64,000 nt of DNA from Schmidtea polychroa (lineage: Eukaryota): contig CM097885.1 of NCBI GenBank assembly GCA_044892525.1, positions 176,824,001-176,888,000 of the forward strand, given 5' to 3'. Of the stretch, positions 63,914 to 64,000 are shown piece by piece; position 1 is the first letter of the stretch, and every line of letters starts with the position of its first letter. The position numbers and the translations under genes are program-made. The notes beneath the pieces were generated by a model. That model was not told the DNA's origin. It saw only the letters and a program-made list of their open reading frames with translations, and did no database searches.

Positions 63914-64000
63914 ATTTTTATACTATTTTACCAAGCAATAGTTGCCCGCTTATTCATCCAGATAATCAAGCCAGTAAATTCATGGTCAATCTCCAGAATC
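63883..64000 (+). CDS. Start of probable minor capsid (penton) protein, truncated by the window edge
   Basis: MDIRKGSSKVNFYTILPSNSCPLIHPDNQASKFMVNLQN matches the FYxxLPSN...PxN..SxF..xL N-terminus typical of Polinton minor capsid proteins. Overlaps the integrase end. Confidence 0.65.
   Translation, partial: MDIRKGSSKVNFYTILPSNSCPLIHPDNQASKFMVNLQN

Larger units (their letters stand above)
58761..64000. mobile_element. Polinton/Maverick (polintovirus/adintovirus-type) element, left end, continuing beyond the window
   Basis: AGTAGTAG terminus, tandem-repeat-rich subterminal region, and dense gene array (ATPase, cupiennin-like, chromo-integrase, minor-capsid-like). Confidence 0.9.

Overview
This is very AT-rich animal genomic DNA with many N-gaps. 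Small introns are about 40-55 nt and (ATT)n microsatellites are abundant; the style is flatworm-like, but the species cannot be determined from the sequence. Host genes: a LATS/Warts kinase (minus strand, exons spread over about 5.3-29.7 kb, kinase 3' part not found in the window), an ATMIN/ASCIZ zinc-finger gene with TQT repeats (33.9-36.8 kb), an intronless SV2/SVOP-like MFS transporter, a RING-less RNF115/126-like ORF and a small secreted Cys-rich gene. The rest is mostly transposon debris: hAT, mariner/Tc1, Harbinger, Gypsy and Penelope remnants and several MITEs with readable TSDs. The main result is the left end of an apparently intact Polinton/Maverick (polintovirus/adintovirus-type) element. 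It starts at an AGTAGTAG terminus at 58761 and runs off the window. It carries a packaging ATPase, a cupiennin-like basic protein, a chromodomain integrase and the start of a probable minor capsid gene. Unexpectedly, it also carries its own TATA-binding-protein (TBP)-like gene, two small predicted spliceosomal introns, a candidate overprinted myristoylated ORF and a terminal repeat array rich in bZIP- and E2F-like sites. Just upstream are a compact DEDDh exonuclease cassette and an older decayed protein-primed PolB. All calls come from manual reading and motif recognition; no searches were run.
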